A stretch of 64,000 nt of DNA, taken from assembly GCA_964188305.1 (NCBI GenBank), contig OZ076886.1; one strand, 5' to 3'. Under the pieces are notes generated by a model that did not search any database, had not been told where the DNA came from, and saw nothing but the letters and a program-made list of their open reading frames with translations. The DNA is from Podarcis bocagei (lineage: Eukaryota). Below, in pieces: positions 24,631 to 38,265 of the stretch (its first letter is position 1; the number at the start of each line of letters is the position of its first letter). The position numbers were made by a program, and so were the translations under genes.

Positions 24631-26249
24631 CAATGTTATTTCGCATATACAACACATATAAATCGCTTTTTCTTTACCAATCTAGCTGAGTCCCAGGTGT
24701 GCTATAAAAAAAGATTTACTTAAATTAAAGGTGATGCTATTAACATTTGTTCCTGTAGCCCATCAAACTGCAATGAGTCCTTTCTGGCCTTCCTGAACTT
24801 ACAATTTAGCACAAAAAGGGGCTGTAAACTCTGCTGCGGTTTCTTATGTTATGCAAGTTAATGCTGGCCATTAAAATCTGTCCTAGGATGACTTGCCTTA
24901 ATAGTTTTGCTGTGGATTTCCTTCAAGAATACTGTAAGAAAAATGTTTCATACATTGCTCCCTTGTACTTGTCACAAGGTATTTAGAAATTTGCTCAGGC
25001 ATTTTTATGATGTTATATGACCACTAAATTCTTAAGTACCTTTATACTGGGAGCAGGGAGAAGTTAAGCTTTTGCTCAAACAGCAACTTTTTATTATTAT
25101 TTCACCTCTAAAATGCCTTTTATCTCCTGGGAAAACTTTTGACACTCTGTGCTGTGTTAGCATTTTGCTGGCATAAATGTTTCAGTATTTACATCCCATA
25201 AACAAACAAACAAAAATAGAAAGAAAAAGCACATTGATCAGAGGTGGCCCTTTCTTCTCTCTTTTCGTAGTAGGCAATCTCTAACAAAATTCAAACCAGT
25301 ATTTATTTATTTATTTTTAAAAAAACCTTTATCAATCACCTAAACATTATTAGGAAGGCATGTACTGGGAGAACAAAGCAAATGGGAGAGAAATCGATAT
25401 AGTTTTAATATTATGCAGAGTTGTCACTTTTTTTGGATGATACATTTAAATGAATTCCATATTTATGACTGCACTTGGGTATATTTAATAACTTATCTGA
25501 TATAACGCATCACAAATTGTGCTATAAAATAAAGAGCCAAGTGAGTAAATACTGCTAGGAAGACTCTCAGTGCTATTCTATCAGTGTTTACTCAAAAAAA
25601 TGTCCCACTGTGTTCAATGAGGGTTCTTTCCAGGTAAGTGTCAGGTTGCAGCCTAAAGCTAATCATGAAGGAATTTCCAGAGGGAGGACGTTTCTTTTCC
25701 CCCTTGTTATCATAGGATTTTTAAAGTTTGAGGATCCTATGATTTTGTGAACGAACATGCTAAAAATAGCTCTAGTTGTTCTTTGCATGACTTTTTATCC
25801 AGTTCCAATTTTAAGGATTAAATTCAGAATTGAATTTGTCACCACACTTAGATGAAACCAAATCAAAATCAGGAACACAATTAATTTTTCTCTGGGAAAG
25901 TTGTCCTAAATAAAAAGATACTTCTGATTCATGTGCAAAGCCTTGAGTGGAAATAACACATGAAGAAAATAATGGTGTGAGTAGAGGTGTGTTTTAAAAA
26001 TGGAACTTCTACCCTATGCATAAATCAGGTAATAATAAAGTAAAATAGCATGGGCTTATAAATGAAATTCAAGTCTTAGGCACACATTTGATTCAATGCT
26101 TCGAAGGTGATCAGAACCAGGCCAGGTTGCTCCACTGGTTGCTGATACCAGATGGAAACAGGTGTGCTTTAGATGGTCGGCAGTCCACAGGGCATTTGTA
26201 GAGTCCAGCAGTTTCATTTGATATCTTTCTGGTGTAAGGTGAATTCCGT

Positions 26250-26765
26250 TTTATTCATCCAGGTCTTTCAGGTCTTTCAATTTGTGTAGATATGTGGATT
26301 CAAAGTCCTGGTTAGGACCTTACAGTTTAGGGCTAAGTTACCCGAAAGCCTATCTGCACACGTATCCACATACCTGTAGCCTGAGATCAACACCAGAAAG
26401 CTTGCTCAGATGCCCACCTGTTAAGACTATTAGGTGGGTTACCACCTGTACTAGAGCCTTCTAAGTGGTGGCCCTGCAGTTGTGGAACTCTTTCTTTTTG
26501 GGAGTGTGACAGGTGTCACCCCAACAATGCTTTGAAGAGCCATCTCTTATCAGTTGCTTTTGGTGAGTAATATATATTAGAGATTTTATGCTGTGGGCCC
26601 TTGAATTTTAATATTTCTTTGCTGATTTATTCATTAGATTAGTTAACTGATCCTTTTTTCTTATATTGTTTTTTGTACTGCAATAACTGCAAAAAAAAAT
26701 CCAATATACTGGAAGTCCCTTTGTGGAGAAGATTTATCAAAATCTTATTAAATATGAATAAATAT
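26250..26765 (+). mobile_element. Old L2-type LINE 3' remnant
   Basis: ...SLRSTPESLL...TRAF*VVALQLWNSF, a degenerate version of the L2 C-terminus. Confidence 0.6.
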
Positions 26766-26915
26766 TTGTTAAATAAATGTTCATAACTGATTGGGGAATT
26801 TTTTTATAGTCTGTTTCTGTTATTTGATCACATCAAAAAATTAGAGGATAAGACAGCAGAATAGTTTAAGAAAGCTACTTTGACTATTAATTGACAACTC
26901 TTTTTCTTTTTCCAG

Positions 26916-27569
26916 AAAAAAATACTTCTATGTTTTTCTGCAAAGACAGGCTTTTGGAGACCAAAAATATTTCTGGATCTCATCTTTATCACTCAGTTCG
27001 CCAGACATCCTTAACCCCACAGTTCTGTGAACAAGATCAAGGAATATACTTAAATAATTTGCTTCCAGTTAATCCTGTTGGATGCGTTACTTTCATTTGG
27101 ACACAACTCTCTGGCTTCTGTTCAGCTACTTAAGATTAGTTTCAAGAGTAACAGTGAGAATATGGGACAACAAGAAGAAAAACCCCTAAAGGAAAAGTCT
27201 CAGTTTATTATTAAAGGATATGTTCTTCCAGCAAAACTATGCATCAGGGAGGCAAATGCCCTAAACTGCTATTATGCTTGTTATTTATATTCTATGCAAA
27301 GACAAAATATCTGGGATCAGATATTTAAGTTGTAAGTTTACTATTTAAGTCATAAAATAATATTTTAATAGAGTAAAAGAGTAATAAGAAAAACCCTGAC
27401 ACCAGGAATTGCTAACGAAAATATACATGGCAAGTCCATATAAAATGAAGAGTTAGGTTTTCACCTAATAACAATAGAATCTGTGGCCTCAAGCCAAATG
27501 TTGCTCAAATGACCAAATGAAATGGGTCGCAAAGAAACACATTATCTGCCTACACTAAATTGCGACTCA
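26916..27569 (+). other. INSYN2B: Probable 5' UTR part of the large INSYN2B exon
   Basis: Strong acceptor ttgacaactctttttctttttccag ends at 26915, followed by repeat-free sequence up to the ATG. The mammalian orthologous exon also carries a long 5' UTR (recalled). Confidence 0.55.
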
Positions 27570-28858
27570 ATGGCTCAGCAAGGCATCAAAGTGCGCCCTG
27601 TGCTGCTGAAGCGGAACAGTCTGGATTCAGTGGATTTTCGGAGGCAGCCCCACCATCGCAGGAGCAAATCTCAACAAGTCCGATTCAAAGACGATGGAAC
27701 AGACAACCCACCTGTGGCAGAATCGGAACTGGAGACAGGAGCTGCTCAAGACCCGTGTGAACTGGGTAAAACACAAACGTCCCTAGTCAGTGGTTCCCCC
27801 TTTCTAACTCCCTCTCACAAAGGATTACAAAACATTGCCATACAGACTTCTCCCAGCCTCAGGAAGCACTTTCCGGTATTTAAAAAGAAAAAAATCACAA
27901 CAAGCAAGTCCTTAACAGAAATGCCGAATGAATCTGAATATTCCATTCAAGTCAATGGCAATCTTTCTGAGCAGGACATAATCTCTTCCAGTCTCTCTTA
28001 CCTAAGTATCACGCAGCATTTAGATGATGGACCAAGAACGGCCAATCGGCTGTTTCAGAGGGTGCCTAAAGCACAAAGCAACGGGCCTGTCCATTTGGTT
28101 TCGGATAAAATTACAATACTGGAAAAGGCAACTGTTTCTACCCAGGCCCCTGAATACACACACCTGGGTTCTGCACAAGACAATTTTTCCATTTATGGCC
28201 CGCACACACAAATGGAAATCAGCAGCCCAGTTCATTCTTCTACAGCTGTCAGACAATCCAATGAGAACTGTTCCGTGCACAAGGGCTCAGAGAAATCTCT
28301 CCCCTGCTTAAGTAGTAACTGCAATGAAGCCAGTGCGGATCATAGTTCCTATGAAGAAAAAAACTATACTGAGCTACTCGCATTTAAGGATGACACTAGC
28401 ACTAAGGAAACCATTCTGTCATCGCCTCAGCTACACCACAGTTCATTATGCTGCTCCCTCCAAGAACATCAGCAGCCAATTCAGCAGAAAACAGACTCTG
28501 ACCATAAGACATTGACTAATGATATACAAACAACATCATTCACTAACAACAATGCATCACCGTCTGTTCCCTCATGTCAAACCGTAACAGAGAACGTTTC
28601 TACCAATACCGAAGTGCCACAGTATGACAACTGCTTAGAAGGCTTTCACATAAATGCCTATCTTCCAGGGGCTGAAATAAAACCACACAACAAAGAGATT
28701 AAAGAAATTAATCAAATTCACTTGGCGCACAGCGAGCTGTGTGCCCTGCAAGACAGGCTCCAGTCCGTTGAGGAATCTTTGCAGTCGAACCAGGAGAAGA
28801 TTAAAGTCCTTTTGAATGTAATTCAAGATATGGAAAAGGCCAGAGCCCTCAATGAAGG
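27570..28858 (+). CDS. INSYN2B: INSYN2B (FAM196B, inhibitory synaptic factor 2B) first coding exon
   Basis: Translation MAQQGIKVRPVLLKRNSLDSVDFRRQPHHRRSKSQQVRFKDDG...IAIQTSPSLRKHFPVFKKK...QVNGNLSEQDI...LQSVEESLQSNQEKIKVLLNVIQDMEKARALNEG matches the recalled INSYN2B sequence. Ends at donor AATGAAGG|GTACGG (GT 28859-28860, phase 2). An in-frame upstream ATG exists at 27522. Confidence 0.95.
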
Positions 28859-28903
28859 GTACGGTGTGTTTTGGTATTTAACACTACTTTGTTTATTAAC
28901 ACT

Positions 28904-28989
28904 ATCATCTATCTATCTATCTATCTATCTATCATCTATCTATCTATCTATCTATCATCTATCTATCTATCTATCTATCATCTATCTAT
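28904..28989. repeat. Interrupted (TCTA)n microsatellite in INSYN2B intron
   Basis: Direct reading; produces the IYLS repeats in the ORF track. Confidence 0.95.
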
Positions 28990-31417
28990 ACTGTCCTCTG
29001 TTTCTCTCTGTTAACAACACTATCCCCTAAACCAAATCTTCCTCTTATTCATTCAGGGTTATATAACCATAAGGAAACTCAGTCCCCATAAGGCCACTTC
29101 CTGGATTTTCAGCTTGAACTTTACAACCATTCCTAGTCTAGGCTTCCCAATCCTTCAGATGTTGTTGGACTTCACCTCCCAACATCTGTAACTACTGGCC
29201 ATGCTGGCTGGGGCTGGTGGGAGTTAGAGCCCAAAACATATGAAGGGCACCAGGTTGGGGAAGGCTGCTCTAACTTTTTTCCTTGTGATATATTTTTTAA
29301 AGCTGCTTAACTGTTTAAGCTGTAAGAAGCAAAACTGCATCTGCTTTCCAGTGTTTTAGCAAATTAGCACAAAGGCACTGTGATGACTTACAAGCACAAG
29401 TAACTTATTTTCAATTTTTATAAAAATCAAAAAAATATATTAGTGTGCAATACAAATAAAACAACCTTAAACATATTAAACCACTGGAATATACCTTCTG
29501 GCTGTTCTGTATTGATCTTCTTCTTACAGTGTATTTCAGGCACCCTCAGCTCAAAATGTCTGGCTACAGGCCTATTTCTATAATGTGCAGCAGTGAAAAA
29601 GCAGTGCCTAAAGCTAGTTCTAGTACTGAGCTTGCCTTTTCCCATGTTATCATCCAAGACATACCACAATCCTTTTTTTATGAGTGGGGAACCAGTAGCC
29701 CTCCAGCCACTGCTGAACTACAACTCCAGTTGTCCCTATGACCACGAATGTCGCTTAGGGTGGCTGGAGACATGGTGGTGGGCTATGGGCTCTCAAATTT
29801 CAGCAGTGCCCTGTGCTGTGCTAAAATTTGGTGCACCCCCTCCCTCTCGTGCTCCATTCTACAGCATAGTTTTGGTGCCCCCTGCTGCACCACCCTAAAA
29901 CCACCTCGGCTGGAGCATCAAACATCTGGAGGGTCACAGGTATCCATAGCTTAATTCCATAGAAGTGCCTGAAATATCAACATAGTTCTCAACTCTATAA
30001 CAAATCAAGCTTTAGGTTTCTAGTGGTTCTTCTGAACTCGTTTTATCACTGTGACATTAAATTTGTAATGTTTGCAATTTTCAAAGAACTTTTATGGTGG
30101 CACAACTATCATTAAGTGCTGAAAAGAAGAGTAAAATTAGAGCCTAAGAGAGAATTCATGGATTCATTTTGGGCTGAACATGCCCACACCCATAACTCAG
30201 TGCAAGCTGTCAGTGAGTAATGGGGTGATTTTGACCCATGGGAATGAAAATCCCACTAAAATGTTACATCCAGGCCATTTCACTGAAAATAGGCTTACGT
30301 TATTGCACTCGTCTCTAAATCATTCCTGATAGATGACTGCCGAGCCCAGCCTTGAAGGAAATTTCCAGGAATGGCAGCTTGGATATTTGCTCAAGCAGGT
30401 AGCAACTGAAGGAACAAATGCTGCAAATCATGTTATTTAAAATTAAAACATTCTGTAATAGCATGGCTTTGTGGAAGACTTTAAAATAATTCTTATCTCT
30501 GTTAAAAACAAAACAGGGGCAGTAAACCATGTGTGCGAAATAGAAAGATGGATAAGTGCGGAAAGAGAAGGGGCCTTTCAGGAACACTAACTTTTAATTA
30601 ATGCACCCTGTTTTCCATAACATTTCCCACTCATGTATTTCCATCATTCAGTCTGACACTCCCAATTATGGCTGCATGTAACTGCATGCAAACAGGCATA
30701 GCCTCACTCATATGCTCATGATCACAAGGATAAATTTAAGTGTGAACCAGGCAAAACACAAGCATCTCATTTGCCACTGATGTATACTCTTCAAGGAACA
30801 GTAGACAATCCAAGTTGTATGTTGAGTATACCTGTATGAAGCATACCTTAATAGATGGCTACAATTCATACTTTACATTCTTACTTGAAAGATCCCCTTT
30901 AAAAATGCAGTATATTAAGTGGCCCACAGATACAATGCACAGTAATTTTAACAGCACTTTCCCCCCAACCATTGCAATGCAAAGCCTTACCACCATGGAT
31001 TTTGGGATCCTTTTACCACTGGTGCACACTTACATTTTCCCCAATGAGATACATCTGGAATTTTGTGTAGTCTGCTTCCATGTAAGAGAAAGAGATAAGC
31101 TATTTTGAGCTCTTTTAAGGATTTACAGTGCACTCATGTTTACTCAGAAGTAAATTCTACTGTAGTCAATGGGGCCAACTTCCCAATAATCTGGGAGTAC
31201 GACACATTAGATTCAATGAGACTCTCTTCTGAGTATAGACCTGTATGGGATTGTGCTGTAAGAAAGTGCTGTAGGATTCCAGTCTAATTCAATCAAGGTA
31301 AAACCAAATTCCTAATAATATTCCTTAATATTTAAAGTGTTACACATGGAAATACCTGCAGAATAAGTGTTGTGACTGAGGACTTAGAAGTAGAACTGCT
31401 GGTTTTCTAAATGGTAA

Positions 31418-31519
<102 letters not shown>

Positions 31520-31547
31520 TAGGTCAAAGTAAAGGATGCCTGGATGG

Positions 31548-31645
31548 TTAAATCCAGTCAAAGGCGACAATGGGGTGCAGCGCTCATCTTGCTTTTCAGG
31601 CTGAGGGAGCCGGCATTTGTTTAAAGACAGCTTTCTGGGTCATTT
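31548..31645 (-). mobile_element. Sauria-type SINE 3' fragment (older subfamily)
   Basis: tccagtc...ggggtgcagcgctcatc...gagggagccggc...cagctttctgggtcat is homologous to 8900-8955. Confidence 0.65.
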
Positions 31646-31756
31646 GGGAATATGTTTCTTATTCTAAGAGATGCAGAACGTGTTGTTTAAAAATTAGCAT
31701 GTGTTTGTAAAGTACAACTGGTATAGCCAAATATTTATTTCACCTATATGTCTAGG

Positions 31757-32072
31757 CAGCGGCATAGCTAGCCGTCGGGTGCCTGGTGTGGGGGTGTGCC
31801 CATGGGGGTGGGGCCAACCTCTCCAGTGCTTGGAGCTTCTGCACTGCCTCCCACTCAGCTGTAGGGGGCTGAGGGTGAGACAGTAGGCAGACTAAGTCCC
31901 ACGCTGCCGTTTCAGGCAGCGCAAAATCTGCAGGTGCCTAAGCCACCACTTCACTCCTAAAAAGTTTCGTGAGCCCATTTTTTTAAAAAAAACAAACCTC
32001 ATTTGTCACCCTCCCCAGTAATGACATCTGAGACGGACAGCACCCCCTGCACCCCCCCTTCCTCCACCACTG
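31757..32072. mobile_element. Non-autonomous hAT element with perfect 8-bp TSD
   Basis: TGTCTAGG|CAGCGGC...CCACTG|TGTCTAGG (31749-31756 and 32073-32080). Confidence 0.8.
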
Positions 32073-32589
32073 TGTCTAGGTCTGTTCAGAAATTACACTG
32101 AACACAGGCACAGGCTGTACAAGCCTGTGTGAATGAGTGTTCCTTGTTGATTTCTACTGGTCTTTTACTGTGTACACAGTCTGTACAGTTGTTGAATATT
32201 ATATGTGAATAAATCTTTGAGTGTCCAGCACAACTAATGTACATGTGGGTATAGATTGTACATTTGTTGAACGTAACATGTGAACACGTTACAGATACAA
32301 TCCTTCAGCTTTGCAAGTGTTCCATTGGCCTCTTCTTAAGACTCAGATAATGATTTAATATTCCATTCAGCAGATGAAGACAGGATGCTACTATTTTGTT
32401 GTCCTCAGTGTCAGGAAATGCACATGTGAAGGCTGCATGCCCAGAAGATTTCCAAAGAGAATTAGCTAGTTTTCAAGCCTTCTCTCTAACATGGGTTTGT
32501 CATGTGAAGTCAATTAATCTATAAATGTAGGACTTTGCTACCTCAATTAAACATGACTGAGGCCCACTTGTACATTGTGCCCTCATGTC

Positions 32590-33100
32590 AGTTCTTTGAG
32601 AAATCAAATGAGAAATTGCTGAAATATGTAATGTATTGTTAAGACAAGTTTCCATGCCAGAAGACTGGAAGCTGGCCAACATAATGCCAATATTAAACAA
32701 AGAATCCAGGGGAGATCCAGGAAACTGCTTTATAATGCTTGTCTTGGTTAAATTAGTGGAAAGCCTTCCTGAGGCTAGAATAATTCAACATGATGAGGTT
32801 TTAAAGCCTAGCGGTGGGAACTGCTGTATTTTTTTATTGTAAAGCTTACCACTATAGAAATAATAAATGGCATGAGGAGATCTACATGGCTTCAGAAAAC
32901 AGAAGCCTTGCATCCCCTTAATTGCAGTTGTCAACACAAGCATTTAAACAGATGTTATCTACTAGGTGCTATATATTTGGATTTTATTTTATTTTTATTT
33001 TTTTAAAAAAACCTGCACAAAGAAATTTAGCAACCATGGGATAAAATGACCCTCTCCTAGATCATTACAGGTTAAAACTTAAAAGAGAGGAATCAAATAT
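32590..33100 (+). mobile_element. Old CR1 reverse-transcriptase region remnant
   Basis: PEDWKLANIMPILNKESRGDPGN is the CR1 pre-RT motif. Confidence 0.7.
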
Positions 33101-34445
33101 GCAAATACAGTGACAGTTTTCTGGCTTGACACAGTTGGAAGGACTGCTGGACTATGCAGAATTTTGGTGTTATCTAGCAAAAGTGCAGCTACACTATTGG
33201 TTTAATTTTATGTTTTCTGCTTTGCTTTGGTAATTATCCCCTGCTTCATTTTCAATATCTCCATATTCTAATTTGCATACATCTGTTTTGAATTTTATGA
33301 ATAAAAAATAAATTAGGAAAGCATGCTTGTAAAGTCCCATACAACACTGGCACCCAGCAGAGACAGGCAAGTGCACAGACGGCTCACCAAGTAAGATTCC
33401 AGTCACCAATATCCTCTTCTTAAATTTTTTTTACAATTTTACTAGAACAATTTTACAACAGCTTATTTCTAAACCAGCTTTCCTGATATACACGTTTATG
33501 CATGAAAAGCAAGAGCCATCACTTAAACTGCAGAACTGAGTCACTCATTCACCTCAGTGTATCTGACGATGGAACTGCTTTGAGGTTTTTCCTACAATAT
33601 ATATAAATTTTATGAAATTCAAACATAAACTTTCCCTTTAGCAAAACGACTGATGTTATAGCTCCACAAAGCAGTTCTTGTGGTTGACCTACACTAAGGC
33701 GAAATACATAAATGCAGAACAAAAACTGTTGTGATGCCAGCATGGTGGTTGTGCTGCAAAGTGAATCAGAAGCCAAGGTAGAGGCCCCTTGTAATCTAAG
33801 TTTCTCCAGAAGCCTCTAACCCCTCCTTATGGAAAAATCTACTTTATTGTAGTTTTTACATAGTTAAATTTATCTCAATCATCTGATACTTAAATTACTT
33901 GCAGAAACAAGCTACCTGAACAAATAAATCACTGAAATCCAAAGAAGACCAAATATATAAGCTTATCAATTTTTGGGAGAAAATGTTCTGCATTAGGAAA
34001 CAGGATAGATCAATAATCTTGCATGTTCACATTCATTCTGAAGCCTCACATTATTTAATATACACAATAAAGTCACAACTGCTTGTCTGCCGGTTTATGG
34101 AAGAAGCGTAAGCACCAAAGTACTTTTGTGACATCTACCATGAAAGCTTTAGTTCCTATCTCTTAATATAATATAAAGACAAACTAAAGACAAACTTAGA
34201 ACAACTCATCCAGTTTATTAGTTTAGACATTCAGTGAATGTCAGCTTCAAAATTATAGGACCAGGTATCCTATAACCAAAGGAACTGTGCTGATTCTCTG
34301 AACTTTACCACATACAGGGCATCAAAATCATGGCAGATATATGCACATGTTGAGAGGCAGTATGCTTCTAAATACCAGTACAAACTGCTGGAGAGAACTA
34401 TTTTCTTCATGTCCTGCTTGTGGGCTTCCCAAAGGTATCTAGGAC

Positions 34446-34620
34446 ATAGAATCATAAGATTGGAAGGGACCATGAGGGTCATCTGCTTGGCCACTCTAAA
34501 AAACAGTGGTCTAGTTAAAGGCTTCTTTCTCATTCTGTATTCTTGCAGGATTGTTGAAACTTTCTAGGCAACAAGCGCCACCAACTACAACTACAACTAC
34601 AACTCTCTTGAGTTTTGTTG
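34446..34620 (-). mobile_element. CR1 3' remnant
   Basis: catagaatcataagattggaagggacc is the reverse complement of the CR1 tail. Confidence 0.6.
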
Positions 34621-37609
34621 CTTGCTTCAGATTCTAGGAGTTAAGGCTTAAAGTCCATCTTTTTTGACCAGCTCATGTGACTGCCAACTATCTGCCCCAT
34701 TGTGCAAATTCTGCCAAAATTCAATAACCTTGATAACCCACACTTTTTCTGTCCTAGCCTTCCTTTCCCTGCTGTGCAGCCACTCCTCATCTGGTTAAAT
34801 CTCCCCTTGCCTAGAATTTCTATGATAGATAATGCCATATTTTTGGTTTTTTTATGTCCAACTTATGTATTTATTTCTAACTTGTGTATATGCCACTGTT
34901 AAAAATAAATGCCTGCAACATTCATGTAACAACATTCTATACGGAACTCACTATTGCAATGGGAAAGTGATTATTTCACAAGAGATGAAATATTGCTATC
35001 TGAGTACTTGGAAAAGGCACAGAATTGTGCCGCTCATTACTGTAAAACGAACTGGTCATATCCCTGCCATACATCATGTGAAGCATCTACTTCTATGTGC
35101 AGTACTGGGGAGATCTGCTCCCCTTTGTAACAAGGTGGGATGTCTGGCTACTAATTGGACTCATGGACCTTTTCAGTCCTACTCAACTCTACCTAACAGA
35201 TCCATTTACTCCTTTCAACTGTGTTAGAATGGTGGGTTGGGAAAGAGGGAGGGATCTGGGTTTTATTTTATTTTAAATTTAAGTTGCATATTGTGCAGTG
35301 AGCCCAACATTTTCTTGGTTAATTTTATCTTCTAGTACCATACAAAAATATTCTAGGGCATAAACCAACTTTAATCAAAGTAGTTCCTTCACATCTAAGA
35401 CTCCCTGTGATTTTAATTATCTTCCCCACCTACCCATCCTGTTTATACTTAGAATTGCTGCTTCTTCTCATTAGGCTACAGGTCACCAAGACAGCTTGAG
35501 ACCATTTAGGTCACTTTTAAATTATACATTGCCATTGAGGGAGGTTTGCATGCTACCAAATAACTGTTATCACAGTTTCATGTAACTAACCTTAACAGAT
35601 GAAACTGCTAGCCTCAGTCTACAAACAGTAAGCAAAACATGGATCATTGCTTCTTATATGCTTTGGAAGCAAACATTCCAAAATCAGGGTCAAGCTGGGA
35701 AGCGCTTAAAGGCAGTGGTCCATAGTGGATGTTGACTAACTAAATGTGTGGCTTTACCCTTAATCAATTTGCTTATTAAGTATACAATGAATACACATAT
35801 CTAACAGGAAAACTGAATAAGTACACTGCAAGTTTGATTAGTCACCTACAGTTAAGCCAAACTAGTTAAAGGAAATTATATACTGAGATTATTTGTTTAT
35901 GGAAGGTGATGAACATGCTGTGAGGTTCCTTCTCCAACCTTATACTAGGTAGGCACAAAAAACCCCACCCAGTACAAACAACAAAACTAGCTAGAGATGT
36001 AATATAGAATCCTTACATTTCGAGAGGAATCGGGGCATTTGTTCAAATCAGGTACTGAACTACATAGAGAAGGCTTCCTGCTTCAGACCTTCACTGTCTG
36101 TGACTTGGAGGTTGATAGTGACAGCCATGGAGTGGGGTGTGGGAAGCTTAACATGCTCATCCCCTGCTCTTCCCACTCTCATGGATGTTTTACAGGCAAA
36201 ACACCTGACTGGGGTGTCAGTGATCATTCCAGGTTCAATCCCAGGTAATTCCATTTAAATAAGTTCTCAGGTAGCAAGGCTGGAACAGATGCCCTGTCTG
36301 AGATTCTGAAAGGCTACTGCAAGTCTGAGTAGACAGCACTGAACTAGGTGGGGCCAATGATCATAGGTCTTCTTAAAGGAATTAAACAAATAATTTTTTT
36401 AAGAGCTGTGCTTCAATACATATATTGTAGACTGCAGTGCTATGCACTCTTCACTGAGAGTAAGCAAAACAGAATGAGAATTAGTCTTGAGTAAACATGC
36501 ACAGGAATGCACTGCAGGTTAAAAAAAACAAGAAGCAAAACATTACAAAAATCTTATTACATATCCCTGCATTATTTAACTCCGATTGATACTAACATGC
36601 TTCATCCAGCTAAATTCTCTGTGTACCACTTTGAAATTACAAGGGTCAATGTTTCCATAGAAACAAAAATGGAGTATAGTTTTCTCTTGAATCACATTAA
36701 TGAGAGAGGAAAGAATATACCCTTAAGACTTGCAATTATGCTTACTATAAACATAAGGGAGAATTTGCCATCTAATTATCTCAGCTTCAGAGGGGTAGCA
36801 AGTATGAATTGTTAAGGATACTAAATGTAAGATCTGAAGGAAGCTAAAAAAAGTTGGCTTGGGCATATTTTTAATTAAGAAATTTTAATTTTTGTGTATT
36901 TTACAGTCAGCTGGGTTCAAACTACATTAACTGAATAAACATACTGATGGAAGAGGTCACTATTTAAGATGAAAGAAAATGCAAACAGAAAAACAGATAG
37001 TGTGGTTTCTCCTCCCCTAGAGATTAAGAGTAAAAATTTAATTACCTCAAGGTGAAAAACTAGGGCAGTGTTTCCCAAATTTCTGAGAGCTAAGGCACAT
37101 TTTTGTTCTGAAATGAATTGTGGGCTCACTTTTCTGTTGCACCACGAAAGTGAAATAGTGTAAGTAGTGAAATAGTAAAAAAATTTTACCTTCAAGATAA
37201 GAACATAAAAAGAGTCCTGCTGGATCAGACCAAAGGTCAATTCAGCATCCTATTTCTCACTGTGGCCACCGAAAATGTCTATGAGGAACCCACAAGCAGG
37301 GCATGAGGTTCAATAGGCCTCTGCCACTTTTGTTTCCCCAACAACTGGCATTCATGGTGCCAGTAGCTTGCCTCAGACAGAATGTCAACTCTTCAATTCA
37401 AAGTGAAGGAAAAAGGTCCTGTGAACCAAACATCAATTTATCTTGTACCATCTGAAGTGCCTACATCCGGCAGAATCATCAAGATTGCTTCTTCCACTAT
37501 AGTTTTAGGAGTTCCAGGTTACAAATTTATTATACAGTTGACAATTTGTACTCATTACATCCATCACATGAGAATGTGCTGTGGTGAGCTGCAGCTGGCC
37601 CTGATTTCC

Positions 37610-37651
37610 TTTATTTTATTTATTTTATTTTATTTTATTTTATTTTATTTT
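37610..37651. repeat. (TTTTA)n microsatellite
   Basis: Direct reading. Confidence 0.9.
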
Positions 37652-38194
37652 TGAGGGGGTGGGATATTTGTGTTAAAATAAATACATGTGTTTACTTCAG
37701 TGAATGCCATGGGTTCCTGTTAAAACAGAGGCAAATCTTAAATGGGAATCTCGTACTATGACGTTACTCTTCACAAGTGCACTGCAGTGTTTAGTCTTCT
37801 TGCACAGTCCTGCAAAGTGCAACTTAGGCTGCAATCCTAACTCCACTTACCTGGGAGTAAGCCCCACTGAATTCAATAGGACTTACTTTCGAGCTGACAT
37901 GGTAGATTGTCATGAATCTGTTCATGCCACATAATGAAGTTGCTTCTATTGATAGGTGCTGGGGGGTAAAAATGATACAGGTGGAACAGGTGAACTGCAA
38001 CTGTCATGTTGCACTATCACATTATCATCTGCTAAATCTGATCAGGAAGGCTGCAATCATGCGTTTGCATAGCTTCTTACCTGTGCCTAGTGGCATGGTC
38101 CATTTGTGTTCTGGTTATAGACTGTTGCTCACATAACAACCTGTGGCTAAATAGCAACTTGAGATCAGAGTACTGGTCTAGTGATTTTGACAAA

Positions 38195-38265
38195 AGATTC
38201 CTGCATTGCAGGGCGTTGGACTAGATGGCCCGTGTGGTCCCTTCCAACTCTACTATTCTATGATT
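38195..38265 (+). mobile_element. CR1 3' terminal fragment
   Basis: ttcctgcattgcagggcgttggactagatg...ttccaactctactattctatgatt, matching the ends of the other CR1 copies. Confidence 0.8.

Noticed and set aside
27522-29030. 502-aa single-exon ORF as the complete protein
   Set aside because: Homology ends at the donor at 28858; the tail is intronic (TCTA)n read-through, and two downstream exons complete the conserved C-terminus.
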